Virus record (IMG/VR): IMGVR_UViG_3300014969_000017
Span: 8,795 to 72,794 of that record
Source: a virus
Lineage: Duplodnaviria > Caudoviricetes
Strand: one strand, 5' to 3'
DNA: 64,000 bases
The position numbers were made by a program, and so were the translations under genes. This document shows positions 39,976-50,648 of this stretch, piece by piece. The notes under the pieces were generated by a model. The model was not told the DNA's origin. It was given only the letters and a program-made list of their open reading frames with translations, and ran no database searches. Every line of letters starts with the position of its first letter. Within the stretch, counting starts at the first letter, position 1.

Positions 39976-40812
39976 TTACATGCACCAGTTCGCGACCGCC
40001 ACCGGCTGGTTCGCGATGGGGAGCAGCGTCCGGGTCTGCGCCTCGATCTGGACTTGCTTGAGCGACAGCCCGTGCTTGAACGTGTGCCCGATCTTCTCCT
40101 CGACGCGCACGTACTCCGCGAGCAGTTCGGGGTTGTGGATCCCGGCGAGCACCAGCGCCTCCTTCGGCGCGAAGATGCAGAACGCGCACGAGAGGCGCGG
40201 CATCCCGAGGTCATACGCTTCGTGATGGCGGACGCCCGACGCCTTGATGCGTGCCCAGACTTCCGTCTCCGTCCAGTCGTGAATCGGGAGCCACGTGTCC
40301 ACGTGGCGCTTGCTGTTCGACGCCAGCTTGTCGAACGCGAAGGGCACCTTGTGCGCACGCGCCGACGACTCCTGCGCACGCAGCCCGAGGCAGTTCAGGA
40401 TGCGCACCGGGCGCGAGAGGCCCAGTTCCTTCACCAGCTTGGTCAGGAGCTTGTAGACCTGCGCACGCTTGTGGTCCGAGGTGCAGAACCGCGCCTTGTT
40501 CGACGGCCACTTGCCGCGCTCGAACTCGACTTGCGCGAGGAGGTCGCCCTTCGCACGCGTCACGACTTCAAAGCGAGCACCGTAGTGCGCGGCCTGTTCA
40601 GCGGCGAGCGCCTTGACGCCCTGCCACTCGACGCGCCCGAGGTCGCAGTGGACGACCACGAGGGGCTTCACCACGCCTGCGGCGGTCGCCTGTTCGGCCA
40701 CGCGGTCGAGCATCGCCTGTGAGTCTTTGCCACCCGAGGAGTTCACGAGAATGATGTCGTAGCTCGCGAGGTCTGGGGTCGTCGTCACCGTCGTCACCGT
40801 CGTCGTCTCCAC
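39976..40812 (-). CDS. PAPS reductase/DndC-like PP-loop protein
   Basis: VNSSGGKDSQA PP-loop, CTSDHK, GLRAQES..RA, RLSCAFCIF. Confidence 0.8.
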   Translation of the reverse strand: METTTVTTVTTTPDLASYDIILVNSSGGKDSQAMLDRVAEQATAAGVVKPLVVVHCDLGRVEWQGVKALAAEQAAHYGARFEVVTRAKGDLLAQVEFERGKWPSNKARFCTSDHKRAQVYKLLTKLVKELGLSRPVRILNCLGLRAQESSARAHKVPFAFDKLASNSKRHVDTWLPIHDWTETEVWARIKASGVRHHEAYDLGMPRLSCAFCIFAPKEALVLAGIHNPELLAEYVRVEEKIGHTFKHGLSLKQVQIEAQTRTLLPIANQPVAVANWCM

Positions 40813-40955
40813 CGCGTTGGCGGCGGGGGTCCATCCCCCGCCCCCGGCTGTGCCGGGCGGTCGCTGTGCCGCCCGTTCCGTTGGCTGGTCCGCTCAGGTC
40901 CAGCCGCCTCGCTCCCGGTGGCTTGCCGCCACCCGCGCCGTCGTCGTTCATAGAG

Positions 40956-41080
40956 TTAGACGGCGTTCACGGGAAAAGGTTCCCTCAATGGTAATTTATT
41001 TGTTCCCAGAGCGAGGCTAGAACACCTTTAGAATCAACAGGTTACAGGCATGGAACATTGGCAGTGTCATTCGCGTCTAA
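40956..41080. promoter_or_regulatory. divergent pair of ECF-like promoters (minus 40956-40983, plus 41052-41080)
   Basis: GGAACC-N16-GTCTAA and GGAACA-N17-GTCTAA flanking an AT-richer gap. Confidence 0.6.
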
Positions 41081-41086
41081 CCAAGC

Positions 41087-41305
41087 ATGGCGAGCACGAC
41101 GACGAAGACGGCAACGCACCCCTACGTGGTCGAGGTGTTCCAGCACGGCGACTACCGCAAGAGCCGGAAATTCCGCACGCGCGAGGCGGCGGTCGCCTTC
41201 GCGAACGACTGGAGCGACCGGCACTACGACGAGGGCGGCTGGCAGTGCCAGCTTGTTCACGCGGGAGTGCTCCACCAGTTCGGCGTCAACGGCAACGACC
41301 GCTGA
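41087..41305 (+). CDS. small hypothetical protein, probably leaderless
   Basis: ATG 6 nt after the GTCTAA box. Confidence 0.55.
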   Translation: MASTTTKTATHPYVVEVFQHGDYRKSRKFRTREAAVAFANDWSDRHYDEGGWQCQLVHAGVLHQFGVNGNDR

Positions 41306-41356
41306 CGCGTGGAACATTGGCACTAGCATTCGCGTCCAAGGTAGTGTAAGATCGGT

Positions 41357-41662
41357 GTGACGGTGACGACGGAGACGACGATGACGCACGAGCAGGAAGA
41401 CCGCGACTACGAGATCAGCGCACGCTACGACTACCGGCAGGAGACGTTCGGCTCCTACTGCCAACTCCACCGCGTCCACTACGGGGCCGACTGCCCGGTG
41501 TGCGAGGACGCCATCGCGGAGGTCCAGTGGGCGCAGGACGTGACGGAGCCGGGAGAGGCACGCGTCAGCCGCACGGCCCGTCGCGAGGTCATGCTGACGC
41601 TGCGACAGAACGGCTGGAAGGTCGTGTGCCGGGGGACCACGGTGGCGTGGACCCGGCGGTAA
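41357..41662 (+). CDS. hypothetical protein with C-x2-H-x6-C-x2-C motif
   Basis: Follows the promoter copy at 41311-41339; GGAG RBS. Confidence 0.5.
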   Translation: MTVTTETTMTHEQEDRDYEISARYDYRQETFGSYCQLHRVHYGADCPVCEDAIAEVQWAQDVTEPGEARVSRTARREVMLTLRQNGWKVVCRGTTVAWTRR

Positions 41663-41723
41663 CAAGCTGGCAACCGAGGGCCGTCATCAGACGGTCCTCA
41701 CTTCAACGGAGACGACGACGACG

Positions 41724-42140
41724 ATGGCGACACCTGACCCGATTCCCGAACAGTACCTCCCGCGCGATGCGTTCAGCACCGCCCTGCGCGACCTGACCCG
41801 CAACCCCGGCGCGGTGCGCTCGTCCAGCAAGGTGGACCTGACGGACCTCTACGGCAACTCCGAGACGTGGGTCGTGGACACGTTCCGCCACGAGGGCGAC
41901 GAGACGGTCCTGCTCCAGCGCATCGACGCCGCTGGCGGTATCCGCCTCGTGCTGCCCCCGGCCGTGACCGCCGCCATCTCGCGCCAGCGTGACCGCGCGA
42001 CGACGGTGAACCGCAAGCGTGGGGCGCAGCAGGCCGTCGCGACCCGCATCGCACGCGGCGATGTCCTCGGCAACCCGGACGCCCTGCGCAAGGCACGCAA
42101 GTCGCCACGCAAGGCCAAGCGCCGCTCGCGGAAGGGCTGA
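41724..42140 (+). CDS. hypothetical protein with basic C-terminus
   Basis: GGAGACGACGACGACGATG start context. Confidence 0.55.
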   Translation: MATPDPIPEQYLPRDAFSTALRDLTRNPGAVRSSSKVDLTDLYGNSETWVVDTFRHEGDETVLLQRIDAAGGIRLVLPPAVTAAISRQRDRATTVNRKRGAQQAVATRIARGDVLGNPDALRKARKSPRKAKRRSRKG

Positions 42141-42661
42141 TGCGTCACAATGGGCCGGTGCAGCACGTGGGCTTCACCGGCCCCTCGTCCGGCATGACCG
42201 CCTCGCAGGCGGTCCGCGTCACGCAGGCGCTGACCGCCCTGCGGGGCGCTGGCGCGTCCACCGCCAACCACGGGATGTGCATCGGGGCCGACGAAGCGTT
42301 CCACGCACTGGCCCGGTCCCTCGGCTTCCGGCTGGTCGGCTGGCCCGGCGTGACCAACACCGGCACCGTCTACCGTCGCGCGACCGTCACGTGCGACGAG
42401 GTCATGCCGGTCAAGTTCTTCCTCGACCGCAACCGCGACATCGTCCACGCGTCGAGCGTCCTGCTCACCACCCCCGACGGCGCTCGCGAGCGCGTGCGCT
42501 CCGGAACGTGGGCCACCATCCGCTACGCCCGGCGCTGCAAGCTGCCGCTCGTCCTCATCGACCCGGCCGGGCGCTCGCGCGTCGAACACGTGCCGGGCAT
42601 CGAGACACTCGACGCTTACTGCGCCTACCTTGGGAACATTGACACTGTCATCAGCGTCTAA
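42140..42661 (+). CDS. SLOG/DprA-like nucleotide-binding protein
   Basis: VGFTG...HGMCIGAD...LDRNRDIV...SGTWATIRYA. Confidence 0.65.
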   Translation: MRHNGPVQHVGFTGPSSGMTASQAVRVTQALTALRGAGASTANHGMCIGADEAFHALARSLGFRLVGWPGVTNTGTVYRRATVTCDEVMPVKFFLDRNRDIVHASSVLLTTPDGARERVRSGTWATIRYARRCKLPLVLIDPAGRSRVEHVPGIETLDAYCAYLGNIDTVISV

Positions 42662-42667
42662 CCGGAC

Positions 42668-42889
42668 ATGGCAACGAACGACACGCAACTGGCTGGCTGG
42701 CGCTACGCGGGAACCTTCTGCACGAAGTGCGAGGGCGAGGTGAGCGCGGAGGAACTGGTCGTCGTCAACGAGGATGGCGACTACGACGGGGAGGGCTTTC
42801 GCGACCTGACCACGGTGGCGCACGTCGAGTGCCCACCGGACGACGAGGACGCCGAACTGAACGACGAAGGCGGGACGGGAGCGCACTAA
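42668..42889 (+). CDS. small acidic zinc-finger protein
   Basis: ATG 6 nt after the promoter copy at 42633-42661; CTKC...HVEC. Confidence 0.5.
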   Translation: MATNDTQLAGWRYAGTFCTKCEGEVSAEELVVVNEDGDYDGEGFRDLTTVAHVECPPDDEDAELNDEGGTGAH

Positions 42890-42909
42890 CCCCCGCCCCG
42901 ACTTCGGTC

Positions 42910-43584
42910 TTACTTCTTGACTTCGACCGGCTTGCCCTGCGCGGCCGGAGCCGCCGGGGGCTTGCTGCTGCCCAGCATCGCGCCGCTGGCAACCGTGCCC
43001 GTGCCCTCGTGCGAGGTCTGACCGCCCTGCGCGGCCTGTGTGCCGCCACCCTCCGCCGCCGTGAACGTGAAGTCCATCGGCTCGGTGATCTGGTCGTCCG
43101 GATTGCGCACGAGCACCGGTAACGTCACCGCGTTCTGGGCCGTCGCCATGTTCACGCCCGTCGTCAGTTCCGTCTCGCTCACCCGTGTCGTTGGCTCGTC
43201 GCCGCCGTTCCACACGATGACCGCACCCTCGGCAAAGCCGGTGCCCATCACGTGAATATCGAAGTCCGGCTGGCCCAGCGCCACCGTGTTCGGAGACAGC
43301 GAAGTCAGCGTCGGCGCAGGCAGATCGACCGGCGGCAGATCGCCGCGCTCGGGGGCGGGTCGCTGCTGGAGGCGCTTGCCCGTCAGCACCTCGACGCGGT
43401 TCTGCTCGTCGCCGTCGAGGAGCTTGCGTCCGCTGTCAATCGCACGCTGCTCACGGTACGCCGTCGCGCGTGGCGACTCGGCCTTCGGCTTCACGGGACC
43501 ACCCGCGCCGACATCCACCATCCCGAAGTAGGGATCGGGCTTCAGATCCAAGCCCGTTTCACCGGGCAACAAGTCCAATGTCAT
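42910..43584 (-). CDS. IPT/TIG (Ig-like) domain protein
   Basis: PTLTSLSP...V.GTGF..GAVI.WNG...TT.VS.TELT; AAGGAGG RBS. Confidence 0.7.
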   Translation of the reverse strand: MTLDLLPGETGLDLKPDPYFGMVDVGAGGPVKPKAESPRATAYREQRAIDSGRKLLDGDEQNRVEVLTGKRLQQRPAPERGDLPPVDLPAPTLTSLSPNTVALGQPDFDIHVMGTGFAEGAVIVWNGGDEPTTRVSETELTTGVNMATAQNAVTLPVLVRNPDDQITEPMDFTFTAAEGGGTQAAQGGQTSHEGTGTVASGAMLGSSKPPAAPAAQGKPVEVKK

Positions 43585-44301
43585 ATCGCCTCCTTCAAGG
43601 CAGATGTCCGCAAAGGGTCGTACGATAACACCCCGACGGACGGAGGTCAGCAGGGATTCACGGGGTTCGGATCCTGCGGGGACGGCTCCGGCTCCGACTC
43701 AACCTCCACCGGGATGGACGCCTTCGGGTCCGTCAGGTTCACGTCGCACACCGCCCGGAAGGGCACCGGGATGCCCTCGTCCGGGCCGTGCTTCACCTGT
43801 TGCAACTGCGCCACGGTCACGCTGGGAATCTTCGCCATCAGGCTCGACGCTGCATCAACGGTTCCACGTGACTGGCCGACACGACACACTCGCACCGCCC
43901 GGCCAGATGCTGCGCCGCCCAGACCCAGCGGCCGACGAGGTGCCAGTACTGGCGCTCGACGGCGGCGGCACGGCCGGGGACGGGTTCGACAATCCATGAG
44001 GCGTGACGAGGCAGACCCGCCTCGGGGAGATCGGCAATCAGCCGTTCACCGGGCAGGAGGCAGGGCCGGTCGGGCGGGACATACAGGCGCAGATCCCCCG
44101 CTCGCGGCAAGCGGCGCACGAGTCGCACGAATCGCCGGATCATGGTCGTGCTCCATCGTCTCCAGTCACACCAAGCAGTGAGGTTGCAAATGCGCCACCA
44201 CCGTGGTGGCCTCCCAGTGCATGGCTAGTATAAATGCACCATGCGACCGCGCTGTAGCAGAAAGCACAGCCCGTGTCCAGCCGTTGGAATTGTGACGGAA
44301 T

Positions 44302-44523
44302 TTACACGCGTCCCTCGCGCTCGGCCTTCTTCACGCGGCGAATCGCCTGACTCACCTTCGATTCTTTCGCGCCCGTCTCCGCGAACGCGAACGCCGCCGC
44401 ACTAGCTTGGCGCTGGGCGGGACCGCCGCACGTGGGACAGGGACGCGTCGTGTCGGACTGGCGTGTGAGGTCGATCACCTCATGCCGATGACCGGCGAGG
44501 CAGAGGTATTCCCAAATAGGCAT
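44302..44523 (-). CDS. FmdB-like zinc ribbon protein
   Basis: MPIWEYLC..GH..E...CPTCGG. Confidence 0.7.
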   Translation of the reverse strand: MPIWEYLCLAGHRHEVIDLTRQSDTTRPCPTCGGPAQRQASAAAFAFAETGAKESKVSQAIRRVKKAEREGRV

Positions 44524-44722
44524 CTCAGGTTGTCCACGGAGCCATGACCCAGAGGACCGTCCAGATCACGAGGAGGAGGAACGCCGCTGCGGCGCACAGG
44601 AGCCAGAGTTCCGACTGGCGCTGCGTCACGCGAACTGAAAGAGCAGCCAGACAAGGAAGCCGGTGGCGAACATGGAGAGGCCGAGGATAACAAAGAATCC
44701 CAGCCAGTGCTCCGCGCGAGGG

Positions 44723-45091
44723 TCACGCATCGTCAGGATCGTCATCGTCCTCGAATAACGCGAACAGGCTCCCCACCGGCGGCGGCGCGTGCAGCATGGC
44801 CTCGCGGACTTGGTCCTTCACCGCTCGCGTCTCGGGCATCCGGGCGCAGACGTAATTGACCTTCAAGGGGCACGAGACATTGAACGTCCAGATTTTGCGC
44901 TTCGTGAACCGCACCGCATGGATCGGGGCGTGACAATGCGCACACTCAACCACGATGTCGAACACCGCCGGAGGAGCCGTCTTGTGGACCTCGGTGCGAT
45001 GCTCCGGGTTCGGCCCGTTGACGGTGCCGGTCTTGTCCAGATACAGGTAGCTGAGAAGCGTCGGCCACAGTGGGTGCTCAAAGATCGTCAT
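44723..45091 (-). CDS. hypothetical Cys-rich protein
   Basis: Coupled ORF in a minus-strand run of small genes. Confidence 0.45.
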   Translation of the reverse strand: MTIFEHPLWPTLLSYLYLDKTGTVNGPNPEHRTEVHKTAPPAVFDIVVECAHCHAPIHAVRFTKRKIWTFNVSCPLKVNYVCARMPETRAVKDQVREAMLHAPPPVGSLFALFEDDDDPDDA

Positions 45092-46019
45092 CGACAGGTT
45101 CGTCCATCACCGAGTTGTGCGCCACAGCGCGAGCAGAAGGTGCCGTTCATGTACCACTGCCACTGGTGCTCCCGCGCGACGACGAGCGGGATGCCCCACC
45201 GCTTCTGTCCACAGTCGCACGGTGTGCCGACATCGGGTTTGTAGTCCTCACCGTACTCATGGGTCCACGTGTGCCCAGTCGCACACGGCGCGTCGTCAGG
45301 CACTTACTCCCCGACCACCACGCGACGTAGCGCCGCGATCACCGCCTCCCTCGTCGGGCACCACTCGGTCAACTGCGTGCCGACCCCCGCCACGCGCACG
45401 AACAGCGCCCACTGGCCCTCGGCATTGCTCTCGATCATCCACTGCACCAACTGTGACTCGGGAACGGGCATCACTGGCTCCTCTCAGAACGGCTTGTAGG
45501 ACTTCCCGACGGCATCCACCGGGTGTTGCGTGCGCAGGCGCAGGCCGGTGATCTCGCGACGGGCCTCGGCCAGTTCCTTGCGCAACTCGGCCACATCTTC
45601 CTCAGCCTTCGCGAGCGCGGCTTCCAAGCGATCTACGCGCCGCTTCAGTACGTCTGCGTCGGCCATGTCAATCTCCCCTTCGGGCTACGGCTGGCGCGTG
45701 ACCGGATGCAACCCGCACGCGCGACCAGTCGGACACCGCCCCTCTGCGCCCACCGGGGCTTGTGGCGGGGCATCTCGTCAGGACGGGACATCGGCATCTG
45801 GCCCATCGAACGCGACGGCGTCGAGTACGGGCTTCGCCAGCGCAGACTGCATCCGTCCTAGCGTCTCCGCCAGTTCCTCGACCGTGTCTCCGACCGGCGC
45901 AACCGGATCGGTCGTGATCGAATGCGGCTTCTCGATGTCGCCGTCGTCAAACGCCTCATGAATCCCGAACGACACCTCACCCTCGTGTACCCGCCGCACG
46001 ACCCGATACGTCCACGCCA

Positions 46020-46724
46020 TCACAGCACCGCCGTGTTGAGCCACCACGCGATGAAAAACGTAATGCACCGCCCAGTTCCTCGCGGGTCGAGGATGCGTCC
46101 GACCATGATCGGGTCGCCTGACCGATGCGTCACACTGCCGATCTCATCGAACACCCTGAGCGCCATCGCACGCTGGGTCGCGTCGAGCACCGCAGGTTTC
46201 ACCAGCGTGAACGGGAAGTCCGGCTCGTCGTACGAGTCCGAGATGAGGAGCGTCTTGTGCTCCTTCTTGCCGTCCTTCTCGACGGTGTAGCTCTCGTCCC
46301 GGTGGATCAACGTGTCGTCCACGTAGCGGCCTTCGCCAGCCGGAAGCAGTTGGGCCTTCGCGCCGAAGTGGCTGTACTTGTAGTCGCGCGTTTCGTGCGG
46401 CGGCTTCTCGCGCTGGACGCGGACGGCCAGCGTCGTCACCGGGAAGTTCGGCACCACGAGGTAGCCAGCCTCGACGGCGACCTTGATCTTTTCGTAGTAC
46501 GTAATGCGCCTCGCGACCCGGTTCAGCGCCGAGTTCAGCCCGGCCAGCTTCCAGCCGTTCGCCGTGGCGATCAGGAGATGCTCCTCCAAGTCCGTCTGCT
46601 CGCGTTGGAGGGCGGCGACCTTCTCGACACACCAACCGCCGAGGGCGGCTTGCGTCGGGGCGAGGTCGGCCGGGGAGAGGGCCACAAGGGCCAGATCGTC
46701 AGGAACCGCAGTCGTCGCCATCAT
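46020..46724 (-). CDS. hypothetical protein
   Basis: 234 aa, AAGGAGG RBS. Confidence 0.6.
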   Translation of the reverse strand: MMATTAVPDDLALVALSPADLAPTQAALGGWCVEKVAALQREQTDLEEHLLIATANGWKLAGLNSALNRVARRITYYEKIKVAVEAGYLVVPNFPVTTLAVRVQREKPPHETRDYKYSHFGAKAQLLPAGEGRYVDDTLIHRDESYTVEKDGKKEHKTLLISDSYDEPDFPFTLVKPAVLDATQRAMALRVFDEIGSVTHRSGDPIMVGRILDPRGTGRCITFFIAWWLNTAVL

Positions 46725-46731
46725 CGCCTCC

Positions 46732-47160
46732 TTACGAATTCACCGGCATCTGGTCGAGCGGCAACGGCACCGGCAGTAACACGCCGTGTGCGTCACACGG
46801 ACGACACGCTTCGCGGAAGCGACTCTCGTCGTTCCACGTCTCCAGCCCTTCGCGGTGCCACCGGTTACTCTGCACGACGCGCGTCCAGACGACGCGATCC
46901 GTGGTCCCTCGGTCCTCCACGCGCATGACCTCGATGTGGCACCACGCGGTCGGCTTGTCCGGTTCCCAGATGAAGTGATCGCCCGGCGTGATCGGGCCGC
47001 TGTAGCCCTCCGGCGCGGCCGGGACGATCTTGATGGCCCGGATCGCCGTACCCCACCGCTCCCAGTCCTCCAGCGCGTGCTTCAGGTTGTCGGTGTCGTC
47101 CCAGAGGTCGTGGGCACGGAGCAGTTCTTCCACGCGAGCGAGGTGCGCATCGTCAGACAT
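46732..47160 (-). CDS. hypothetical protein
   Basis: GGAGACGACGATG start. Confidence 0.55.
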   Translation of the reverse strand: MSDDAHLARVEELLRAHDLWDDTDNLKHALEDWERWGTAIRAIKIVPAAPEGYSGPITPGDHFIWEPDKPTAWCHIEVMRVEDRGTTDRVVWTRVVQSNRWHREGLETWNDESRFREACRPCDAHGVLLPVPLPLDQMPVNS

Positions 47161-47331
47161 CGTCGTCTCCAGTTGGTCAGGGCGGCTGTTGATTCAGCCC
47201 CAGTCGCGACTGCCGCATCCCCTGCCGGTTCAACGGACCCCGTCATCGCAAGAACATCAGCATGAGAATCCCGACACCGATCAGTGCGCCGAACAGGAAG
47301 CCAAGCACGAGCCGCAGTGCATTCGGTCCGG

Positions 47332-47730
47332 TCATGCGATCAGCATCGTCGGCGGCACCGGGAAGTCCTTCTCGCGATGCCGCCACAGGTGGAGCACGAA
47401 CGGATGATGATTCACGTACACGCTCTGACGCGGATGGTACTGCACGACCGTGTCGTCCGCGCCCCAGAAGTGGTCCTTCACGAAGCACATTTCCTTCCAC
47501 GTCGGGACGCGCATTTTGCCCTGCGCGTTCCGGGCGTGAACGCTGACGTGCTCCCAGCCGCGTGCAGTCTCCGGCACGTCGGGCAGCGTGTTGGTCCCGT
47601 CGTCCGCGATGATCGCCAGCACCCAGCCCGGCACCGGCGACAGGAGCGCGAACGCGCCCCAGCCTGCGCCCGGCGGCGAACTCCACTCGCTGCCGTCCAT
47701 GACCCGGCCCTCGTCAGGCGCTCGGAACAC
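47332..47730 (-). CDS. conserved phage protein (WEHVSV...PTW.EM..VK..FW...HLW family)
   Basis: Recognisable conserved motif string. Confidence 0.6.
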   Translation of the reverse strand: MFRAPDEGRVMDGSEWSSPPGAGWGAFALLSPVPGWVLAIIADDGTNTLPDVPETARGWEHVSVHARNAQGKMRVPTWKEMCFVKDHFWGADDTVVQYHPRQSVYVNHHPFVLHLWRHREKDFPVPPTMLIA

Positions 47731-48328
47731 GTCGCTTCAACTCGGCGTCGATAATGTCTTTCGTCCACGTGTCGCGCACGGCGATGGCATCATGCCGCAT
47801 CGCGACCAGCGCGAGGTCGGATAGCGTCTTCACGATCTCCGGAAAGTCCGGCCCACGACCCGGCGGACCCTTCTCACCCGGCGGTCCGGCGGGACAGCCC
47901 TGCGGTCCCTTACTCGACTCGTCGGGCATTTGCCACCCACAGCTTCGCCGTCTCCAGATACGTCGCCGCCACGTGCAGTGCTCGCACGTCCATCTGGACT
48001 TGCGCGTGTGACGGCAGTCCCTTCATCTGGTTGATCGTGTTCAGGCTCTCCTGCATTTGCGCGAGCAGGGCGTTGAATGCGTCGTCCATCGTCGTCTCCT
48101 CCTACTCCAACCCGTGAATGATCGTCTTGCGCCGCGTCTCGACGTACTCGTAGATCGCGACCTCGTCGTCCGCGTCTTTCCCCTCAATGTCGGTGTCGGC
48201 ATCGAAGTACATCCCGCTGTCCTCACCCGCACGCGTGACATACAACCGGGCCGGGAATCGAGGCGTGGCTGGCCGCGCCTTCGCCTTCGATGCCCGGCGA
48301 ACTCTGCGCTTCGCCATCGTCACCTCCG

Positions 48329-49060
48329 TTAGTCGTCTAAGTCGATTCGTCGTTGACCCGGCACCGCTGGCACGAGCGGCTCGGGCTTCTTGATGTGCGT
48401 CAGCTTGGCGCGGTACGTCGTGGGCGTGAGTTTCGAGACCACCTTGCCGAGTGCGTCCAGTCCGCCCAGTGCGGCCAGTCCGGGTCCGATTCCATCGATC
48501 CCAGATGCCGCCTGCGCGGCGGCGATGCCGAGGTCCGAGAACGCCAGCCCAGCCTGCTCAAGCTGCGTGACGACGTGCGAGACATCGACCCCAATGACGC
48601 CGTCCAACTTCCCGATAACGCCGCCGCCGACACCGCCTCCGGCGCTGTACCCACCGCCGTTGCCGCCGCCAACATACGTGCTGTTGCCGCCCCCGCCGCC
48701 GCCCCACTCGTTGACGACACTGCCGCCGACCACATGACCTCCGCCTCCGCCTCCACCACCGCCGTACACGTAGTCCGCGTCGGCCGCGAACGCATGCTCG
48801 TGACCGCCCATGATCGGCTTCAGTCCCATCGCACTCTGCACGGTGTCCTCCACCCAGTCCAAGACGCGGCTGGCGATGGCGGCGGAACTTCGCGCGTCCC
48901 GGATGTCCTCGTCGGTGATACTGAGCCGCGCGTTCCGGCCGTCGCGATCTGTCAGCGAAAAGATCGTGCAGCACCGCGTCGGGTCTTCTATTGATTGCAG
49001 CGTCCAGCCCGGTGCGACATCCATCCGCGCCAACGCGTCCATCGCCTGTTTCGAGGTCAT
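48329..49060 (-). CDS. Gly-rich hypothetical protein
   Basis: Start trimmed to MTSKQ; poly-Gly core. Confidence 0.5.
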   Translation of the reverse strand: MTSKQAMDALARMDVAPGWTLQSIEDPTRCCTIFSLTDRDGRNARLSITDEDIRDARSSAAIASRVLDWVEDTVQSAMGLKPIMGGHEHAFAADADYVYGGGGGGGGGHVVGGSVVNEWGGGGGGNSTYVGGGNGGGYSAGGGVGGGVIGKLDGVIGVDVSHVVTQLEQAGLAFSDLGIAAAQAASGIDGIGPGLAALGGLDALGKVVSKLTPTTYRAKLTHIKKPEPLVPAVPGQRRIDLDD

Positions 49061-49379
49061 GACGGCTTGCCTCCCCGGCGCATCTCGGCCTCCAGCCGCT
49101 GAAAGACGACCCACGCCGCCAGTTCGCGTCGTGTCTGCTCGGTGGGCATCATCATCTGCACTGGCTCTTGCTTGTCCTGCTGCGCTCGGATCCGCACGGC
49201 CGCGCAGGGCATGCACAGCCGGACGGCCTGCGGCGCGTGCGGCCGATACACGATGTCGGTCGCGCAATCGGCACACGCGGCGTGCAGATCATCGAGGAAC
49301 ACGCTCTGCGTGGCACAGACAAGGATAATCTCATCCTCCGGCTCGGCGCTCCTCATCTCTCGGTCCACTGCTCTACCTC

Positions 49380-50223
49380 GGCTCGCTCTCAAGGCTTGGT
49401 CCGCTCACGGGACATGGCTCGCTCTTGGCTTTCGGTGCGCTCACAAGAACGCGGCTCACTCGGACGTGACGGTGCGCTCTCCCTGACTCGGTTCGTTCTT
49501 CGTCTTCGGTCCCCACTTCGTGCTGGACTCGCTCCCATTGCTCGGTACGCTCACTCAAAGATGGCTCGTTCGAGTTGAACGGTACGCTGCCCATCCTCGA
49601 CTCGATCAATATCGACGGTGCCCTCGTTGCCTTCGGCTCGCTCCATCCGCTTTGGTGCGCTCGCCTAACATGGCTCGCTCGATACACTCGGTCCTGTCAC
49701 TCGAACGGCTCGCTCATTGGGTCCGGCGCTCGCGGATGTCACGGCTCGTTCTAAGCGCACGGTGCTCTCCACGTCCTAGACTCACTCCCAGTCACTAGGT
49801 GCTGTCTGCTACTACGGTTCACTCATCATCAACGGTGCGCTCGGCGTAAGTGGCTCGTTCCGATCCGATGGTGCGCTCTGTAACCTCGACTCGCTACCTT
49901 CCTGCGGTGCCCTCAACGACAGTGGCTCGCTCGCCATCATCGGCGCACTCTTTCATGTCCGGCTCGCTCACCGTATACGGTGTCGCCTCTCGGCATACGC
50001 GGCTCGCTCCTTGATCCCCGGTGCTCACTATCATCGCGGCTCGCTCGCTAGGTTCGGTCCTGTCGCATGACTCGACTCGCTCCCGCTTCCGGTCCCCTGT
50101 GTCGTCGCGGCTCGCTCGTGCCGCTCGGTGCGCTCGATGGTGGACGGCTCGCTCACCCAACTCGGTACTCTCAGATGAAGGCGGCTTCGCTCTAACGCCT
50201 CGGTCCCCTCTACCTTTCAGGCT
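49380..50223 (-). repeat. TIGR-like dual-repeat/dual-spacer array, part 2 (about 23 units of ~36 nt)
   Basis: Plus strand: GGCTCGCTC-N9-GGTGCGCTC-N9 with variable spacers, parsed manually. Confidence 0.85.
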
Positions 50224-50233
50224 GACGACCAGC

Positions 50234-50638
50234 TTACAGGCCGTCGCCCTCGGGGGCCGTCGGATACCACTGGCGATTCGCGAGGCCGGGCAGCAGTGCC
50301 CAGTGCGGACTCGCGTCCTTGCCGTGCTCCAGTGCGTTCTTGATGATATGGACCGCCTGATGCGTCGTGTCGTACATCACCGTGTCGGCCGAGACGCGCT
50401 GGTTGTTCGGCAGCATCACCGCCGCGCGTTCCATGCCCTCGGATTGCACGTAGCCCCAGTGCTCGTCCTCCGCCGCCAGTCGCTTCGCCACTTCTGTGAG
50501 GAAGGACAGGATCGACTCCGGCGTGTTCTGCTCCAGCCAGAGCTTGCCCTGCGGTTCACCCGAGAAGCCCACCACGACCCACGAGTGATCGGGCGTCTGC
50601 GGCATGTGCTCGGTGTCTTCGATGTTCGATTCGGTCAT
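50234..50638 (-). CDS. hypothetical protein embedded between the two array halves
   Basis: 134 aa with normal composition; GAGGAG RBS directly after a repeat. Confidence 0.65.
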   Translation of the reverse strand: MTESNIEDTEHMPQTPDHSWVVVGFSGEPQGKLWLEQNTPESILSFLTEVAKRLAAEDEHWGYVQSEGMERAAVMLPNNQRVSADTVMYDTTHQAVHIIKNALEHGKDASPHWALLPGLANRQWYPTAPEGDGL

Positions 50639-50648
50639 GGCTCTCCTC

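Noticed and set aside
49572-49598. Reconstructed target GTTCAACTCCCCATCCTC resembling a tRNA T-arm; other reconstructed targets resembling RBS+ATG
   Set aside because: 18-mers read equally well as ordinary coding sequence and cannot be supported without a database search. I saw no convincing self-target in the window, but the check was not exhaustive.
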